Assembly (NCBI GenBank): GCA_951406725.2
Contig: OX597816.1
Span: 79,112,001 to 79,176,000, forward strand
Length of the DNA: 64,000 bases
Source of the DNA: Octopus vulgaris
Taxonomy: Eukaryota
Direction: 5' to 3'
A model generated the notes under the pieces. The model was not told the DNA's origin, did not search any database, and worked only from the letters and a program-made list of their open reading frames with translations. Of this stretch, positions 63,458 through 64,000 are shown one piece after another (the first letter of the stretch is position 1; the number at the start of each line of letters is the position of its first letter). Both the position numbers and the translations under genes were made by a program.

Positions 63458-64000
<543 letters not shown>

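Overview
Eukaryotic, AT-rich, repeat-dense animal DNA. The SINE/RTE families and (TA)n/(TACA)n tracts suggest an octopus or other coleoid cephalopod (inference). The window lies inside one minus-strand, multi-exon gene. I reconstructed 11 phase-compatible GT-AG exons (56546->6258, 2196 nt, ~732 codons) encoding an SRCR domain followed by four MAM domains; the start and stop exons were not found. The introns hold decayed mobile elements: many RTE-type LINE copies (one with a 5' inversion), two R4/Dong-type LINEs at (TAA)n, a CR1/Jockey-like relic, several Penelope-like elements, two mariners, a Tigger/pogo, Helitron pieces and three tRNA-derived SINE families. The most notable signals are: (1) a cluster of hammerhead-ribozyme motifs, including a U3-A8 core variant and three motifs on the host pre-mRNA strand in one intron; (2) a relocated cysteine shared by all four MAM domains; (3) an in-frame TGA at a zinc-finger Cys of an otherwise open GIY-YIG frame. 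All calls are by eye; no database search was run.
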